64,000 nucleotides of DNA from the human T2T-CHM13v2.0 reference genome, Homo sapiens, in NCBI RefSeq assembly GCF_009914755.1, contig NC_060948.1. The stretch is one strand, 5' to 3'. Shown one piece after another: positions 38,885-58,229 of the stretch (its first letter is position 1; every line of letters starts with the position of its first letter). The notes under the pieces were generated by a model, which saw only the letters and a program-made list of their open reading frames with translations, had not been told where the DNA came from and searched no databases. The position numbers and the translations under genes are program-made.

Positions 38885-40989
38885 AGATCCATATTTTTTA
38901 AATGAAAAAAAATTTCAAAGGTACTCTGCTTGGTACAATAATCAAATGTATAAACTGAGGAATAAAACATAACCATGAAACCTACTTATAACTGCATATG
39001 GAAAATACAGAGGATAATTTTTTAAATAACATATTTTGAAAGCCTTAACTAGTAATTTGAAGAGTTGGCATTTGAAAGGCCAGTATGAATATACCTTCAA
39101 AGCAGCAACACAGGTTCCCCATGAGAAAAAGCAAACACAGGGAAAATAAAAACACAAAGGTTCAATCTCTTCTGACCTTAGAAAGACACAGCATAGACAG
39201 TGGTCCTTAGGACGAAGAGCAGGAGACCCCTAATTCCGTCACCATGGCGATAGGGCATAAACATTGCTGGGTGAGGGCACAATCCACATTGTGAGGTCCA
39301 ACTGCTGCCAGGAAGACAGGAGTGCTTTTACATAGACCGAAAGGTCATTGAAGGCTCAGAGTTTTGTTTCAAGAACTGAATCCCAAGCCCACACGTTATT
39401 AGGCTGCGCTTCTTAAAACAAGTTATGAGATGGGAAAAAGGGCACCCACAAACATACGTATACATTATGTATATAATAATATACAGTGTCATATATATAA
39501 TATATATAACCTATGTATAATATTGTTTTACATCCTGCATCTTATGTTATATATATTGTATAAAATATAATAATAGATAATATATAAGTTTTATATTTAT
39601 ACAATATGACATATAGTATATATTATAATTTATGACATATATAATATATGTTATATGTCATATATAGAATATATTATACGGTTAATATACGTATTAAATA
39701 TAAATTATACATTATATATATTATATATAATATATCTGTTATATATAATACCCATTATGCATAATATATATATTATGTCTATGTTATATATAGTATAAAA
39801 CAACATATAATAATATATAATTGTATATATAAAATGCGACATATAATATATATTATATTTTATAACATATGTAATATATATTATATATTATATATAATAC
39901 GTTGTATGTATAATACCTATATTAAATATATATTATATGACTATGTTATTAATTACATGTCACATGTGTTATACATTATATATTTTACATAGAATATACC
40001 GGTTACATACAATATATACTATGTTACCTATAATGTATAATTTATTACATGTAAAATAAAGAATGCAATATATTATGTATAATTTATAATATACAATATG
40101 TGGAATGTGATATATATAACATATAATATATGATATATGATATACAGTATATGATATATAACATACAATATATGATTCCTAATATATATGGTATACAATA
40201 TATATTTTATGATATGTATTCCATATGTTTTATATTCTGTTATATATAACTATTTGAAATTATATATAACTGTATAATATTTTATGTAAATATGTAATAT
40301 AATATATATAACTATATAATATATTATATATAACTATATATTATGTTATATATACTTTTATAACATAATTTACATAAAATATCATAATATAATATATATT
40401 ATATTATTTCATATTACATAATATATATTACATATCACCCAATATAACTAACATACATAATATTATAATATAGATTATATTGTGTTATATTAAATATCAT
40501 ATATATCATGTATCATATATTCTATACTATATATTACACATTATATAATATGTATGTTGTCTATTATGTGATATATATAACTATATATATAATTATATTT
40601 TTATACATATAACTAGATAAACATGTAATTCTACATATTTTCATTTATAATATGTAGAATTATATAATCATATATAATTATTTATATTCTATAAAAAATT
40701 TTATCATTCTATAAATTATAATATATAAAAATTATAATATGTACTACAAATATATATATTATATATCATATATGATATAGTACCTTTGTTATATATCATA
40801 ATACATATAAATGTGTATTATGTTATCTATAATTATATAATTTCATATATAAGATGTATAATATGTATCATATATTATATATGTTATGTAATATATATAG
40901 TATATATAAGATGACACAGGATAAATATTATATACTATGACATATAAAATATATGAGGTTATATGTTACATATAAGGCATAGCACATAA

Positions 40990-41304
<315 letters not shown>

Positions 41305-43409
41305 AGATCCATATTTTTTAAATGAAAAAAAATTTCAAAGGTACTCTGCTTGGTACAATAATCAAATGTATAAACTGAGGAATAAAACATAACCATGAAA
41401 CCTACTTATAACTGCATATGGAAAATACAGAGGATAATTTTTTAAATAACATATTTTGAAAGCCTTAACTAGTAATTTGAAGAGTTGGCATTTGAAAGGC
41501 CAGTATGAATATACCTTCAAAGCAGCAACACAGGTTCCCCATGAGAAAAAGCAAACACAGGGAAAATAAAAACACAAAGGTTCAATCTCTTCTGACCTTA
41601 GAAAGACACAGCATAGACAGTGGTCCTTAGGACGAAGAGCAGGAGACCCCTAATTCCGTCACCATGGCGATAGGGCATAAACATTGCTGGGTGAGGGCAC
41701 AATCCACATTGTGAGGTCCAACTGCTGCCAGGAAGACAGGAGTGCTTTTACATAGACCGAAAGGTCATTGAAGGCTCAGAGTTTTGTTTCAAGAACTGAA
41801 TCCCAAGCCCACACGTTATTAGGCTGCGCTTCTTAAAACAAGTTATGAGATGGGAAAAAGGGCACCCACAAACATACGTATACATTATGTATATAATAAT
41901 ATACAGTGTCATATATATAATATATATAACCTATGTATAATATTGTTTTACATCCTGCATCTTATGTTATATATATTGTATAAAATATAATAATTGATAA
42001 TATATAAGTTTTATATTTATACAATATGACATATAGTATATATTATAATTTATGACATATATAATATATGTTATATGTCATATATAGAATATATTATACG
42101 GTTAATATACGTATTAAATATAAATTATACATTATATATATTATATATAATATATCTGTTATATATAATACCCATTATGCATAATATATATATTATGTCT
42201 ATGTTATATATAGTATAAAACAACATATAATAATATATAATTGTATATATAAAATGCGACATATAATATATATTATATTTTATAACATATGTAATATATA
42301 TTATATATTATATATAATACGTTGTATGTATAATACCTATATTAAATATATATTATATGACTATGTTATTAATTACATGTCACATGTGTTATACATTATA
42401 TATTTTACATAGAATATACCGGTTACATACAATATATACTATGTTACCTATAATGTATAATTTATTACATGTAAAATAAAGAATGCAATATATTATGTAT
42501 AATTTATAATATACAATATGTGGAATGTGATATATATAACATATAATATATGATATATGATATACAGTATATGATATATAACATACAATATATGATTCCT
42601 AATATATATGGTATACAATATATATTTTATGATATGTATTCCATATGTTTTATATTCTGTTATATATAACTATTTGAAATTATATATAACTGTATAATAT
42701 TTTATGTAAATATGTAATATAATATATATAACTATATAATATATTATATATAACTATATATTATGTTATATATACTTTTATAACATAATTTACATAAAAT
42801 ATCATAATATAATATATATTATATTATTTCATATTACATAATATATATTACATATCACCCAATATAACTAACATACATAATATTATAATATAGATTATAT
42901 TGTGTTATATTAAATATCATATATATCATGTATCATATATTCTATACTATATATTACACATTATATAATATGTATGTTGTCTATTATGTGATATATATAA
43001 CTATATATATAATTATATTTTTATACATATAACTAGATAAACATGTAATTCTACATATTTTCATTTATAATATGTAGAATTATATAATCATATATAATTA
43101 TTTATATTCTATAAAAAATTTTATCATTCTATAAATTATAATATATAAAAATTATAATATGTACTACAAATATATATATTATATATCATATATGATATAG
43201 TACCTTTGTTATATATCATAATACATATAAATGTGTATTATGTTATCTATAATTATATAATTTCATATATAAGATGTATAATATGTATCATATATTATAT
43301 ATGTTATGTAATATATATAGTATATATAAGATGACACAGGATAAATATTATATACTATGACATATAAAATATATGAGGTTATATGTTACATATAAGGCAT
43401 AGCACATAA

Positions 43410-43724
<315 letters not shown>

Positions 43725-45829
43725 AGATCCATATTTTTTAAATGAAAAAAAATTTCAAAGGTACTCTGCTTGGTACAATAATCAAATGTATAAACTGAGG
43801 AATAAAACATAACCATGAAACCTACTTATAACTGCATATGGAAAATACAGAGGATAATTTTTTAAATAACATATTTTGAAAGCCTTAACTAGTAATTTGA
43901 AGAGTTGGCATTTGAAAGGCCAGTATGAATATACCTTCAAAGCAGCAACACAGGTTCCCCATGAGAAAAAGCAAACACAGGGAAAATAAAAACACAAAGG
44001 TTCAATCTCTTCTGACCTTAGAAAGACACAGCATAGACAGTGGTCCTTAGGACGAAGAGCAGGAGACCCCTAATTCCGTCACCATGGCGATAGGGCATAA
44101 ACATTGCTGGGTGAGGGCACAATCCACATTGTGAGGTCCAACTGCTGCCAGGAAGACAGGAGTGCTTTTACATAGACCGAAAGGTCATTGAAGGCTCAGA
44201 GTTTTGTTTCAAGAACTGAATCCCAAGCCCACACGTTATTAGGCTGCGCTTCTTAAAACAAGTTATGAGATGGGAAAAAGGGCACCCACAAACATACGTA
44301 TACATTATGTATATAATAATATACAGTGTCATATATATAATATATATAACCTATGTATAATATTGTTTTACATCCTGCATCTTATGTTATATATATTGTA
44401 TAAAATATAATAATTGATAATATATAAGTTTTATATTTATACAATATGACATATAGTATATATTATAATTTATGACATATATAATATATGTTATATGTCA
44501 TATATAGAATATATTATATGGTTAATATACGTATTAAATATAAATTATACATTATATATATTATATATAATATATCTGTTATATATAATACCCATTATGC
44601 ATAATATATATATTATGTCTATGTTATATATAGTATAAAACAACATATAATAATATATAATTGTATATATAAAATGCGACATATAATATATATTATATTT
44701 TATAACATATGTAATATATATTATATATTATATATAATACGTTGTATGTATAATACCTATATTAAATATATATTATATGACTATGTTATTAATTACATGT
44801 CACATGTGTTATACATTATATATTTTACATAGAATATACCGGTTACATACAATATATACTATGTTACCTATAATGTATAATTTATTACATGTAAAATAAA
44901 GAATGCAATATATTATGTATAATTTATAATATACAATATGTGGAATGTGATATATATAACATATAATATATGATATATGATATACAGTATATGATATATA
45001 ACATACAATATATGATTCCTAATATATATGGTATACAATATATATTTTATGATATGTATTCCATATGTTTTATATTCTGTTATATATAACTATTTGAAAT
45101 TATATATAACTGTATAATATTTTATGTAAATATGTAATATAATATATATAACTATATAATATATTATATATAACTATATATTATGTTATATATACTTTTA
45201 TAACATAATTTACATAAAATATCATAATATAATATATATTATATTATTTCATATTACATAATATATATTACATATCACCCAATATAACTAACATACATAA
45301 TATTATAATATAGATTATATTGTGTTATATTAAATATCATATATATCATGTATCATATATTCTATACTATATATTACACATTATATAATATGTATGTTGT
45401 CTATTATGTGATATATATAACTATATATATAATTATATTTTTATACATATAACTAGATAAACATGTAATTCTACATATTTTCATTTATAATATGTAGAAT
45501 TATATAATCATATATAATTATTTATATTCTATAAAAAATTTTATCATTCTATAAATTATAATATATAAAAATTATAATATGTACTACAAATATATATATT
45601 ATATATCATATATGATATAGTACCTTTGTTATATATCATAATACATATAAATGTGTATTATGTTATCTATAATTATATAATTTCATATATAAGATGTATA
45701 ATATGTATCATATATTATATATGTTATGTAATATATATAGTATATATAAGATGACACAGGATAAATATTATATACTATGACATATAAAATATATGAGGTT
45801 ATATGTTACATATAAGGCATAGCACATAA

Positions 45830-46144
<315 letters not shown>

Positions 46145-48272
46145 AGATCCATATTTTTTAAATGAAAAAAAATTTCAAAGGTACTCTGCTTGGTACAATA
46201 ATCAAATGTATAAACTGAGGAATAAAACATAACCATGAAACCTACTTATAACTGCATATGGAAAATACAGAGGATAATTTTTTAAATAACATATTTTGAA
46301 AGCCTTAACTAGTAATTTGAAGAGTTGGCATTTGAAAGGCCAGTATGAATATACCTTCAAAGCAGCAACACAGGTTCCCCATGAGAAAAAGCAAACACAG
46401 GGAAAATAAAAACACAAAGGTTCAATCTCTTCTGACCTTAGAAAGACACAGCATAGACAGTGGTCCTTAGGACGAAGAGCAGGAGACCCCTAATTCCGTC
46501 ACCATGGCGATAGGGCATAAACATTGCTGGGTGAGGGCACAATCCACATTGTGAGGTCCAACTGCTGCCAGGAAGACAGGAGTGCTTTTACATAGACCGA
46601 AAGGTCATTGAAGGCTCAGAGTTTTGTTTCAAGAACTGAATCCCAAGCCCACACGTTATTAGGCTGCGCTTCTTAAAACAAGTTATGAGATGGGAAAAAG
46701 GGCACCCACAAACATACGTATACATTATGTATATAATAATATACAGTGTCATATATATAATATATATAACCTATGTATAATATTGTTTTACATCCTGCAT
46801 CTTATGTTATATATATTGTATAAAATATAATAATTGATAATATATAAGTTTTATATTTATACAATATGACATATAGTATATATTATAATTTATGACATAT
46901 ATAATATATGTTATATGTCATATATAGAATATATTATACGGTTAATATACGTATTAAATATAAATTATACATTATATATATTATATATAATATATCTGTT
47001 ATATATAATACCCATTATGCATAATATATATATTATGTCTATGTTATATATAGTATAAAACAACATATAATAATATATAATTGTATATATAAAATGCGAC
47101 ATATAATATATATTATATTTTATAACATATGTAATATATATTATATATTATATATAATACGTTGTATGTATAATACCTATATTAAATATATATTATATGA
47201 CTATGTTATTAATTACATGTCACATGTGTTATACATTATATATTTTACATAGAATATACCGGTTACATACAATATATACTATGTTACCTATAATGTATAA
47301 TTTATTACATGTAAAATAAAGAATGCAATATATTATGTATAATTTATAATATACAATATGTGGAATGTGATATATATAACATATAATATATGATATATGA
47401 TATACAGTATATGATATATAACATACAATATATGATTCCTAATATATATGGTATACAATATATATTTTATGATATGTATTCCATATGTTTTATATTCTGT
47501 TATATATAACTATTTGAAATTATATATAACTGTATAATATTTTATGTAAATATGTAATATAATATATATAACTATATAATATATTATATATAACTATATA
47601 TTATGTTATATATACTTTTATAACATAATTTACATAAAATATCATAATATAATATATATTATATTATTTCATATTACATAATATATATTACATATCACCC
47701 AATATAACTAACATACATAATATTATAATATAGATTATATTGTGTTATATTAAATATCATATATATCATGTATCATATATTCTATACTATATATTACACA
47801 TTATATAATATGTATGTTGTCTATTATGTGATATATATAACTATATATATAATTATATTTTTATTCATATAACTAGATAAACATGTAATTCTACATATTT
47901 TCATTTATAATATGTAGAATTATATAATCATATATAATTATTTATATTCTATAAAAAATTTTATCATTCTATAAATTATAATATATAAAAATTATAATAT
48001 GTACTACAAATATATATATTATATATCATATATGCTATAGTACCTTTGTTATATATCATAATACATATAAATGTGTATTATGTTATCTATAATTATATAA
48101 TTTCATATATAAGATGTATAATATGTATCATATATTATATATGTTATGTAATATATATAGTATATATAAGATGACACAGGATAAATATTATATACTATGA
48201 CATATAAAATATATGAGGTTATATGTTACATATAAGGCATAGCACATAACATGTAATATATATCATATATAA

Positions 48273-48564
48273 TTTTTTTTTAGACAGAATCTTGTCCTGT
48301 TGCACAGGGTGGGGTACAATGGCGCCATCTTTGCTCACTGCAACTTCTGCCTCACGGGACCAAGCGATTGTCCTCCCTCAGCCTCCCAGGTAGCTGGGAC
48401 TACACCACACTGGGACTACACCAGCTGCCACCATGCCTAGCTAATTTTTTGGATTTTTAGTAGTGACAGCGTTTCACTGTATTGGCCAGGATGGTCTTGA
48501 TCTCTTCACCTTGTGATCCCCTTGCCTTGGCCTCCAAATTTGCTGGGATTACAGGCCTGAGCCA
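48273..48564 (-). mobile_element. Alu, DYZ2 unit U21
   Basis: Near-identical copy of the Alu at 2350-2641. Confidence 0.93.
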
Positions 48565-50662
48565 AGATCCATATTTTTTAAATGAAAAAAACTTTCAAAG
48601 GTACTCTGCTTGGTACAATAATCAAATGTATAAACTGAGGAATAAAACATAACCATGAAACCTACTTATAACTGCATATGGAAAATACAGAGGATAATTT
48701 TTTAAATAACATATTTTGAAAGCCTTAACTAGTAATTTGAAGAGTTGGCATTTGAAAGGCCAGTATGAATATACCTTCAAAGCAGCAACACAGGTTCCCC
48801 ATGAGAAAAAGCAAACACAGGGAAAATAAAAACACAAAGGTTCAATCTCTTCTGACCTTTGAAAGACACAGCACAGACAGTGGTCCTTAGGACGAAGAGC
48901 AGGAGACCCCTAATTCCGTCACCATGGCGATAGGGCATAAACATTGCTGGGTGAGGGCACAATCCACATTGTGAGGTCCAACTGCTGCCAGGAAGACAGG
49001 AGTGCTTTTACATAGACCGAAAGGTCATTGAAGGCTCAGAGTTTTGTTTCAAGAACTGAATCCCAAGCCCACACGTTATTAGGCTGCGCTTCTTAAAACA
49101 AGTTATGAGATGGGAAAAAGGGCACCCACAAACATACGTATACATTATGTATATAATAATATACAGTGTCATATATATAATATATATAACCTATGTATAA
49201 TATTGTTTTACATTCTGCATCTTATGTTATATATATTGTATAAAATATAATAATTGATAATATATAAGTTTTATATTTATACAATATGACATATAGTATA
49301 TATTATAATTTATGACATAGATAATATATGTTATATGTCATATATAGAAAATATTATACGGTTAATATACGTATTAAATATAAATTATACATTATATATA
49401 TTATATATAATATATCTGTTATATATAATACCCATTATGCATAATATATATATTATGTCTATGTTATATATAGTATAAAACAACATATAATAATATATAA
49501 TTGTATATATAAAATGCGACATATAATATATATTATATTTTATAACATATGTAATATATATTATATATAATATGTTGTATGTATAATACCTATATTAAAT
49601 ATATATTATATGACTATGTTATTAATTACATGTCATATGTGTTATATATTATATATTTTACATAGAATATACCGGTTACATACAATATATACTATGTTAC
49701 CTATAATGTATAATTTATTACATGTAAAATAAAGAATGCAATATATTATGAATAATTTATAATATACCATATGTGGAATGTGATATATATAACATATAAT
49801 ATATGATATATGATATACAGTATATGATATATAACATACAATATATGATTCCTAATATATATGGTATACAATATATATTTTATGATATGTATTCTATATG
49901 TTTTATATTCTGTTATATATAACTATTTGAAATTATATATAACTGTATAATATTTTATGTAAATATGTAATATAATATATATAACTATATAATATATTAT
50001 ATATAACTATATATTATGTTATATATACTTTTATAACATAATTTACATAAAATATCATAATATAATATATATTATATTATTTCATATTACATAATATATA
50101 TCACATATCACCCAATATAACTAACATACATAATATTATAATATAGATTATATTGTGTTATATTAAATATCATATATATCATGTATCATATATTCTATAA
50201 TATATATTACACATTATATAATATGTATGTTGTCTATTATGTGATATATATAACTCTATATATAATTATATTTTTATACATATAACTAGATAAACATGTA
50301 ATTCTACATATTTTCATTTATAATATGTAGAATTATATAATCATATATAATTATTTATATTCTATAAAAAATTTTATCATTCTATAAATTATAATATATA
50401 AAAATTATAATATGTACTACAAATATATATATTATATATCATATATGATATAGTACCTTTGTTATATATCATAATACATATAAATGTGTATTATGTTATC
50501 TATAATTATATAATTTCATATATAAGATGTATAATATGTATCATATATTATATATGTTATGTAATATATATAGTATATATAAGATGACACAGGATAAATA
50601 TTATATACTATGACATATAAAATATATGAGGTTATATGTTACATATAAGGCATAGCACATAA

Positions 50663-50977
<315 letters not shown>

Positions 50978-53105
50978 AGATCCATATTTTTTAAATGAAA
51001 AAAAATTTCAAAGGTACTCTGCTTGGTACAATAATCAAATGTATAAACTGAGGAATAAAACATAACCATGAAACCTACTTATAACTGCATATGGAAAATA
51101 CAGAGGATAATTTTTTAAATAACATATTTTGAAAGCCTTAACTAGTAATTTGAAGAGTTGGCATTTGAAAGGCCAGTATGAATATACCTTCAAAGAAGCA
51201 ACACAGGTTCCCCATGAGAAAAAGCAAACACAGGGAAAATAAAAACACAAAGGTTCAATCTCTTCTGACCTTAGAAAGACACAGCATAGACAGTGGTCCT
51301 TAGGACGAAGAGCAGGAGACCCCTAATTCCGTCACCATGGCGATAGGGCATAAACATTGCTGGGTGAGGGCACAATCCACATTGTGAGGTCCAACTGCTG
51401 CCAGGAAGACAGGAGTGCTTTTACATAGACCGAAAGGTCATTGAAGGCTCAGAGTTTTGTTTCAAGAACTGAATCCCAAGCCCACACGTTATTAGGCTGC
51501 GCTTCTTAAAACAAGTTATGAGATGGGAAAAAGGGCACCCACAAACATACGTATACATTATGTATATAATAATATACAGTGTCATATATATAATATATAT
51601 AACCTATGTATAATATTGTTTTACATCCTGCATCTTATGTTATATATATTGTATAAAATATAATAATTGATAATATATAAGTTTTATATTTATACAATAT
51701 GACATATAGTATATATTATAATTTATGACATATATAATATATGTTATATGTCATATATAGAATATATTATACGGTTAATATACGTATTAAATATAAATTA
51801 TACATTATATATATTATATATAATATATCTGTTATATATAATACCCATTATGCATAATATATATATTATGTCTATGTTATATATAGTATAAAACAACATA
51901 TAATAATATATAATTGTATATATAAAATGCGACATATAATATATATTATATTTTATAACATATGTAATATATATTATATATTATATATAATACGTTGTAT
52001 GTATAATACCTATATTAAATATATATTATATGACTATGTTATTAATTACATGTCACATGTGTTATATATTATATATTTTACATAGAATATACCGGTTACA
52101 TACAATATATACTATGTTACCTATAATGTATAATTTATTACATGTAAAATAAAGAATGCAATATATTATGTATAATTTATAATATACAATATGTGGAATG
52201 TGATATATATAACATATAATATATGATATATGATATACAGTATATGATATATAACATACAATATATGATTCCTAATATATATGGTATACAATATATATTT
52301 TATGATATGTATTCCATATGTTTTATATTCTGTTATATATAACTATTTGAAATTATATATAACTGTATAATATTTTATGTAAATATGTAATATAATATAT
52401 ATAACTATATAATATATTATATATAACTATATATTATGTTATATATACTTTTATAACATAATTTACATAAAATATCATAATATAATATATATTATATTAT
52501 TTCATATTACATAATATATATTACATATCACCCAATATAACTAACATACATTATATTATAATATAGATTATATTGTGTTATATTAAATATCATATATATC
52601 ATGTATCATATATTCTATACTATATATTACACATTATATAATATGTATGTTGTCTATTATGTGATATATATAACTATATATATAATTATATTTTTATACA
52701 TATAACTAGATAAACATGTAATTCTACATATTTTCATTTATAATATGTAGAATTATATAATCATATATAATTATTTATATTCTATAAAAAATTTTATCAT
52801 TCTATAAATTATAATATATAAAAATTATAATATGTACTACAAATATATATATTATATATCATATATGATATAGTACCTTTGTTATATATCATAATACATA
52901 TAAATGTGTATTATGTTATCTATAATTATATAATTTCATATATAAGATGTATAATATGTATCATATATTATATATGTTATGTAATATATATAGTATATAT
53001 AAGATGACACAGGATAAATATTATATACTATGACATATAAAATATATGAGGTTATATGTTACATATAAGGCATAGCACATAACATGTAATATATATCATA
53101 TATAA

Positions 53106-53397
53106 TTTTTTTTTAGACAGAATCTTGTCCTGTTGCACAGGGTGGGGTACAATGGCGCCATCTTTGCTCACTGCAACTTCTGCCTCACGGGACCAAGCGA
53201 TTGTCCTCCCTCAGCCTCCCAGGTAGCTGGGACTACACCACACTGGGACTACACCAGCTGCCACCATGCCTAGCTAATTTTTTGGATTTTTAGTAGTGAC
53301 AGCGTTTCACTGTATTGGCCAGGATGGTCTTGATCTCTTCACCTTGTGATCCCCTTGCCTTGGCCTCCAAATTTGCTGGGATTACAGGCCTGAGCCA
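53106..53397 (-). mobile_element. Alu, DYZ2 unit U23
   Basis: Near-identical copy of the Alu at 2350-2641. Confidence 0.93.
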
Positions 53398-55495
53398 AGA
53401 TCCATATTTTTTAAATGAAAAAAAATTTCAAAGGTACTCTGCTTGGTACAATAATCAAATGTATAAACTGAGGAATAAAACATAACCATGAAACCTACTT
53501 ATAACTGCATATGGAAAATACAGAGGATAATTTTTTAAATAACATATTTTGAAAGCCTTAACTAGTAATTTGAAGAGTTGGCATTTGAAAGGCCAGTATG
53601 AATATACCTTCAAAGCAGCAACACAGGTTCCCCATGAGAAAAAGCAAACACAGGGAAAATAAAAACACAAAGGTTCAATCTCTTCTGACCTTTGAAAGAC
53701 ACAGCACAGACAGTGGTCCTTAGGACGAAGAGCAGGAGACCCCTAATTCCGTCACCATGGCGATAGGGCATAAACATTGCTGGGTGAGGGCACAATCCAC
53801 ATTGTGAGGTCCAACTGCTGCCAGGAAGACAGGAGTGCTTTTACATAGACCGAAAGGTCATTGAAGGCTCAGAGTTTTGTTTCAAGAACTGAATCCCAAG
53901 CCCACACGTTATTAGGCTGCGCTTCTTAAAACAAGTTATGAGATGGGAAAAAGGGCACCCACAAACATACGTATACATTATGTATATAATAATATACAGT
54001 GTCATATATATAATATATATAACCTATGTATAATATTGTTTTACATCCTGCATCTTATGTTATATATATTGTATAAAATATAATAATTGATAATATATAA
54101 GTTTTATATTTATACAATATGACATATAGTATATATTATAATTTATGACATATATAATATATGTTATATGTCATATATAGAAAATATTATACGGTTAATA
54201 TACGTATTAAATATAAATTATACATTATATATATTATATATAATATATCTGTTATATATAATACCCATTATGCATAATATATATATTATGTCTATGTTAT
54301 ATATAGTATAAAACAACATATAATAATATATAATTGTATATATAAAATGCGACATATAATATATATTATATTTTATAACATATGTAATATATATTATATA
54401 TAATACGTTGTATGTATAATACCTATATTAAATATATATTATATGACTATGTTATTAATTACATGTCACATGTGTTATATATTATATATTTTACATAGAA
54501 TATACCGGTTACATACAATATATACTATGTTACCTATAATGTATAATTTATTACATGTAAAATAAAGAATGCAATATATTATGTATAATTTATAATATAC
54601 CATATGTGGAATGTGATATATATAACATATAATATATGATATATGATATACAGTATATGATATATAACATACAATATATGATTCCTAATATATATGGTAT
54701 ACAATATATATTTTATGATATGTATTCTATATGTTTTATATTCTGTTATATATAACTATTTGAAATTATATATAACTGTATAATATTTTATGTAAATATG
54801 TAATATAATATATATAACTATATAATATATTATATATAACTATATATTATGTTATATATACTTTTATAACATAATTTACATAAAATATCATAATATAATA
54901 TATATTATATTATTTCATATTACATAATATATATTACATATCACCCAATATAACTAACATACATAATATTATAATATAGATTATATTGTGTTATATTAAA
55001 TATCATATATATCATGTATCATATATTCTATAATATATATTACACATTATATAATATGTATGTTGTCTATTATGTGATATATATAACTCTATATATAATT
55101 ATATTTTTATACATATAACTAGATAAACATGTAATTCTACATATTTTCATTTATAATATGTAGAATTATATAATCATATATAATTATTTATATTCTATAA
55201 AAAATTTTATCATTCTATAAATTATAATATATAAAAATTATAATATGTACTACAAATATATATATTATATATCATATATGATATAGTACCTTTGTTATAT
55301 ATCATAATACATATAAATGTGTATTATGTTATCTATAATTATATAATTTCATATATAAGATGTATAATATGTATCATATATTATATATGTTATGTAATAT
55401 ATATAGTATATATAAGATGACACAGGATAAATATTATATACTATGACATATAAAATATATGAGGTTATATGTTACATATAAGGCATAGCACATAA

Positions 55496-55810
<315 letters not shown>

Positions 55811-57936
55811 AGATCCATATTTTTTAAATGAAAAAAAATTTCAAAGGTACTCTGCTTGGTACAATAATCAAATGTATAAACTGAGGAATAAAACATAACC
55901 ATGAAACCTACTTATAACTGCATATGGAAAATACAGAGGATAATTTTTTAAATAACATATTTTGAAAGCCTTAACTAGTAATTTGAAGAGTTGGCATTTG
56001 AAAGGCCAGTATGAATATACCTTCAAAGCAGCAACACAGGTTCCCCATGAGAAAAAGCAAACACAGGGAAAATAAAAACACAAAGGTTCAATCTCTTCTG
56101 ACCTTTGAAAGACACAGCACAGACAGTGGTCCTTAGGACGAAGACCAGGAGACCCCTAATTCCGTCACCATGGCGATAGGGCATAAACATTGCTGGGTGA
56201 GGGCACAATCCACATTGTGAGGTCCAACTGCTGCCAAGAAGACAGGAGTGCTTTTACATAGACCGAAAGGTCATTGAAGGCTCAGAGTTTTGTTTCAAGA
56301 ACTGAATCCCAAGCCCACACGTTATTAGGCTGCGCTTCCTAAAACAAGTTATGAGATGGGAAAAAGGGCACCCACAAACATACGTATACATTATGTATAT
56401 AATAATATACAGTATCATATATATAATATATATAACCTATGTATAATATTGTTTTACATCCTGCATCTTATGTTATATATATTGTATAAAATATAATAAT
56501 TGATAATATATAAGTTTTACAATTATACAATATGACATATAGTATATATTATAATTTATGACATATATAATATATGTTATATATCACATATAGAATATAT
56601 TATACGGTTAATATACGTATTAAATATAAATTATACATTATATATATTATATATAATATATCTGTTATATATAATACCCATTATGCATAATATATATATT
56701 ATGTCTGTTATATATAGTATAAAACAACATATAATAATATATAATTGTATATATAAAATGCGACATATAATATATATTATATTTTATAACATATGTAATA
56801 TATATTATATATTATATATAATACGTTGTATGTATAATACCTATATTAAATATATATTATATGACTATGTTATTAATTACATGTCACATGTGTTATATAT
56901 TATATATTTTACATAGAATATACCGGTTACATACAATATAAACTATGTTACCTATAATGTATAATTTATTACATGTAAAATAAAGAATGCAATATATTAT
57001 GTATAATTTATAATATACAATATGTGGAATGTGATATATATAACATATAATATATGATATATGATATACAGTATATGATATATAACATACAATATATGAT
57101 TCCTAATATATATGGTATACAATATATATTTTATGATATGTATTCTATATGTTTTATATTCTGTTATATATAACTATTTGAAATTATATATAACTGTATA
57201 ATATTTTATGTAAATATGTAATATAATATATATAACTATATAATATATTATATATAACTATATATTATGTTATATATACTTTTATAACATAATTTACATA
57301 AAATATCATAATATAATATATATTATATTATTTCATATTACATAATATATATTACATATCACCCAATATAACTAACACACATAATATTATAATATAGATT
57401 ATATTATGTTATATTAAATATCATATATATCATGTATCATATATTCTATAATATATATTACACATTATATAATATGTATGTTGTCTATTATGTGATATAT
57501 ATAACTCTATATATAATTATATTTTTATACATATAACTAGATAAACATGTAATTCTACATATTTTCATTTATAATATGTAGAATTTTATAATCATATATA
57601 ATTATTTATATTCTATAAAAAATTTTATCATTCTATAAATTATAATATATAAAAATTATAATATGTACTACAAATATATATATTATATATCATATATGAT
57701 ATAGTACCTTTGTTATATATCATAATACACATAAATGTGTATTATGTTATGTATAATTATATAATTTCATATATAAGATCTATAATATGTATTATATATT
57801 ATATATGTTATGTAATATATATAGTATATATAAGCTGACACAGGATAAATATTATATACTATGATATATAAAATATATGAGGTTATATGTTACATATAAG
57901 GCATAGCACATAACATGTAATATATATCATATATAA

Positions 57937-58229
57937 TTTTTTTTTTAGACACAGTCTTGTCGTGTTGCACAGGGTGGAGTACAATGGCGCCACCTTTGCT
58001 CACTGCAACATCTGCCTCACGGGTCCAAGCGATGGTCCTCCCTCAGCCTCCCAGTTAGCTGGGACTACACCACACTGGGACTACACCAGCTGCCACCATG
58101 CCTAGCTAATTTTTTGGATTTTTAGTAGTGACAGCGTTTCACTGTATTGGCCAGGACGTTCTTGATCTCTTCACCTTGTGATCCCCTTGCCTTGGCCTCC
58201 AAATTTGCTGGGATTACAGGCCTGAGCCA
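57937..58229 (-). mobile_element. Alu, DYZ2 unit U25 (divergent copy, T10 tail)
   Basis: Same Alu but ~10 differences from the other copies (acacagtcttgtcgtg, tggagtaca, cacctttg, caacatctg, gatggtcc, ccagttag, ggacgttc). Confidence 0.93.

Noticed and set aside
56683-56916. 77-aa I/Y/N-rich ORF
   Set aside because: Translation of AT-rich low-complexity DNA, opened by a 2-bp deletion (atgtctgtta) in U24.
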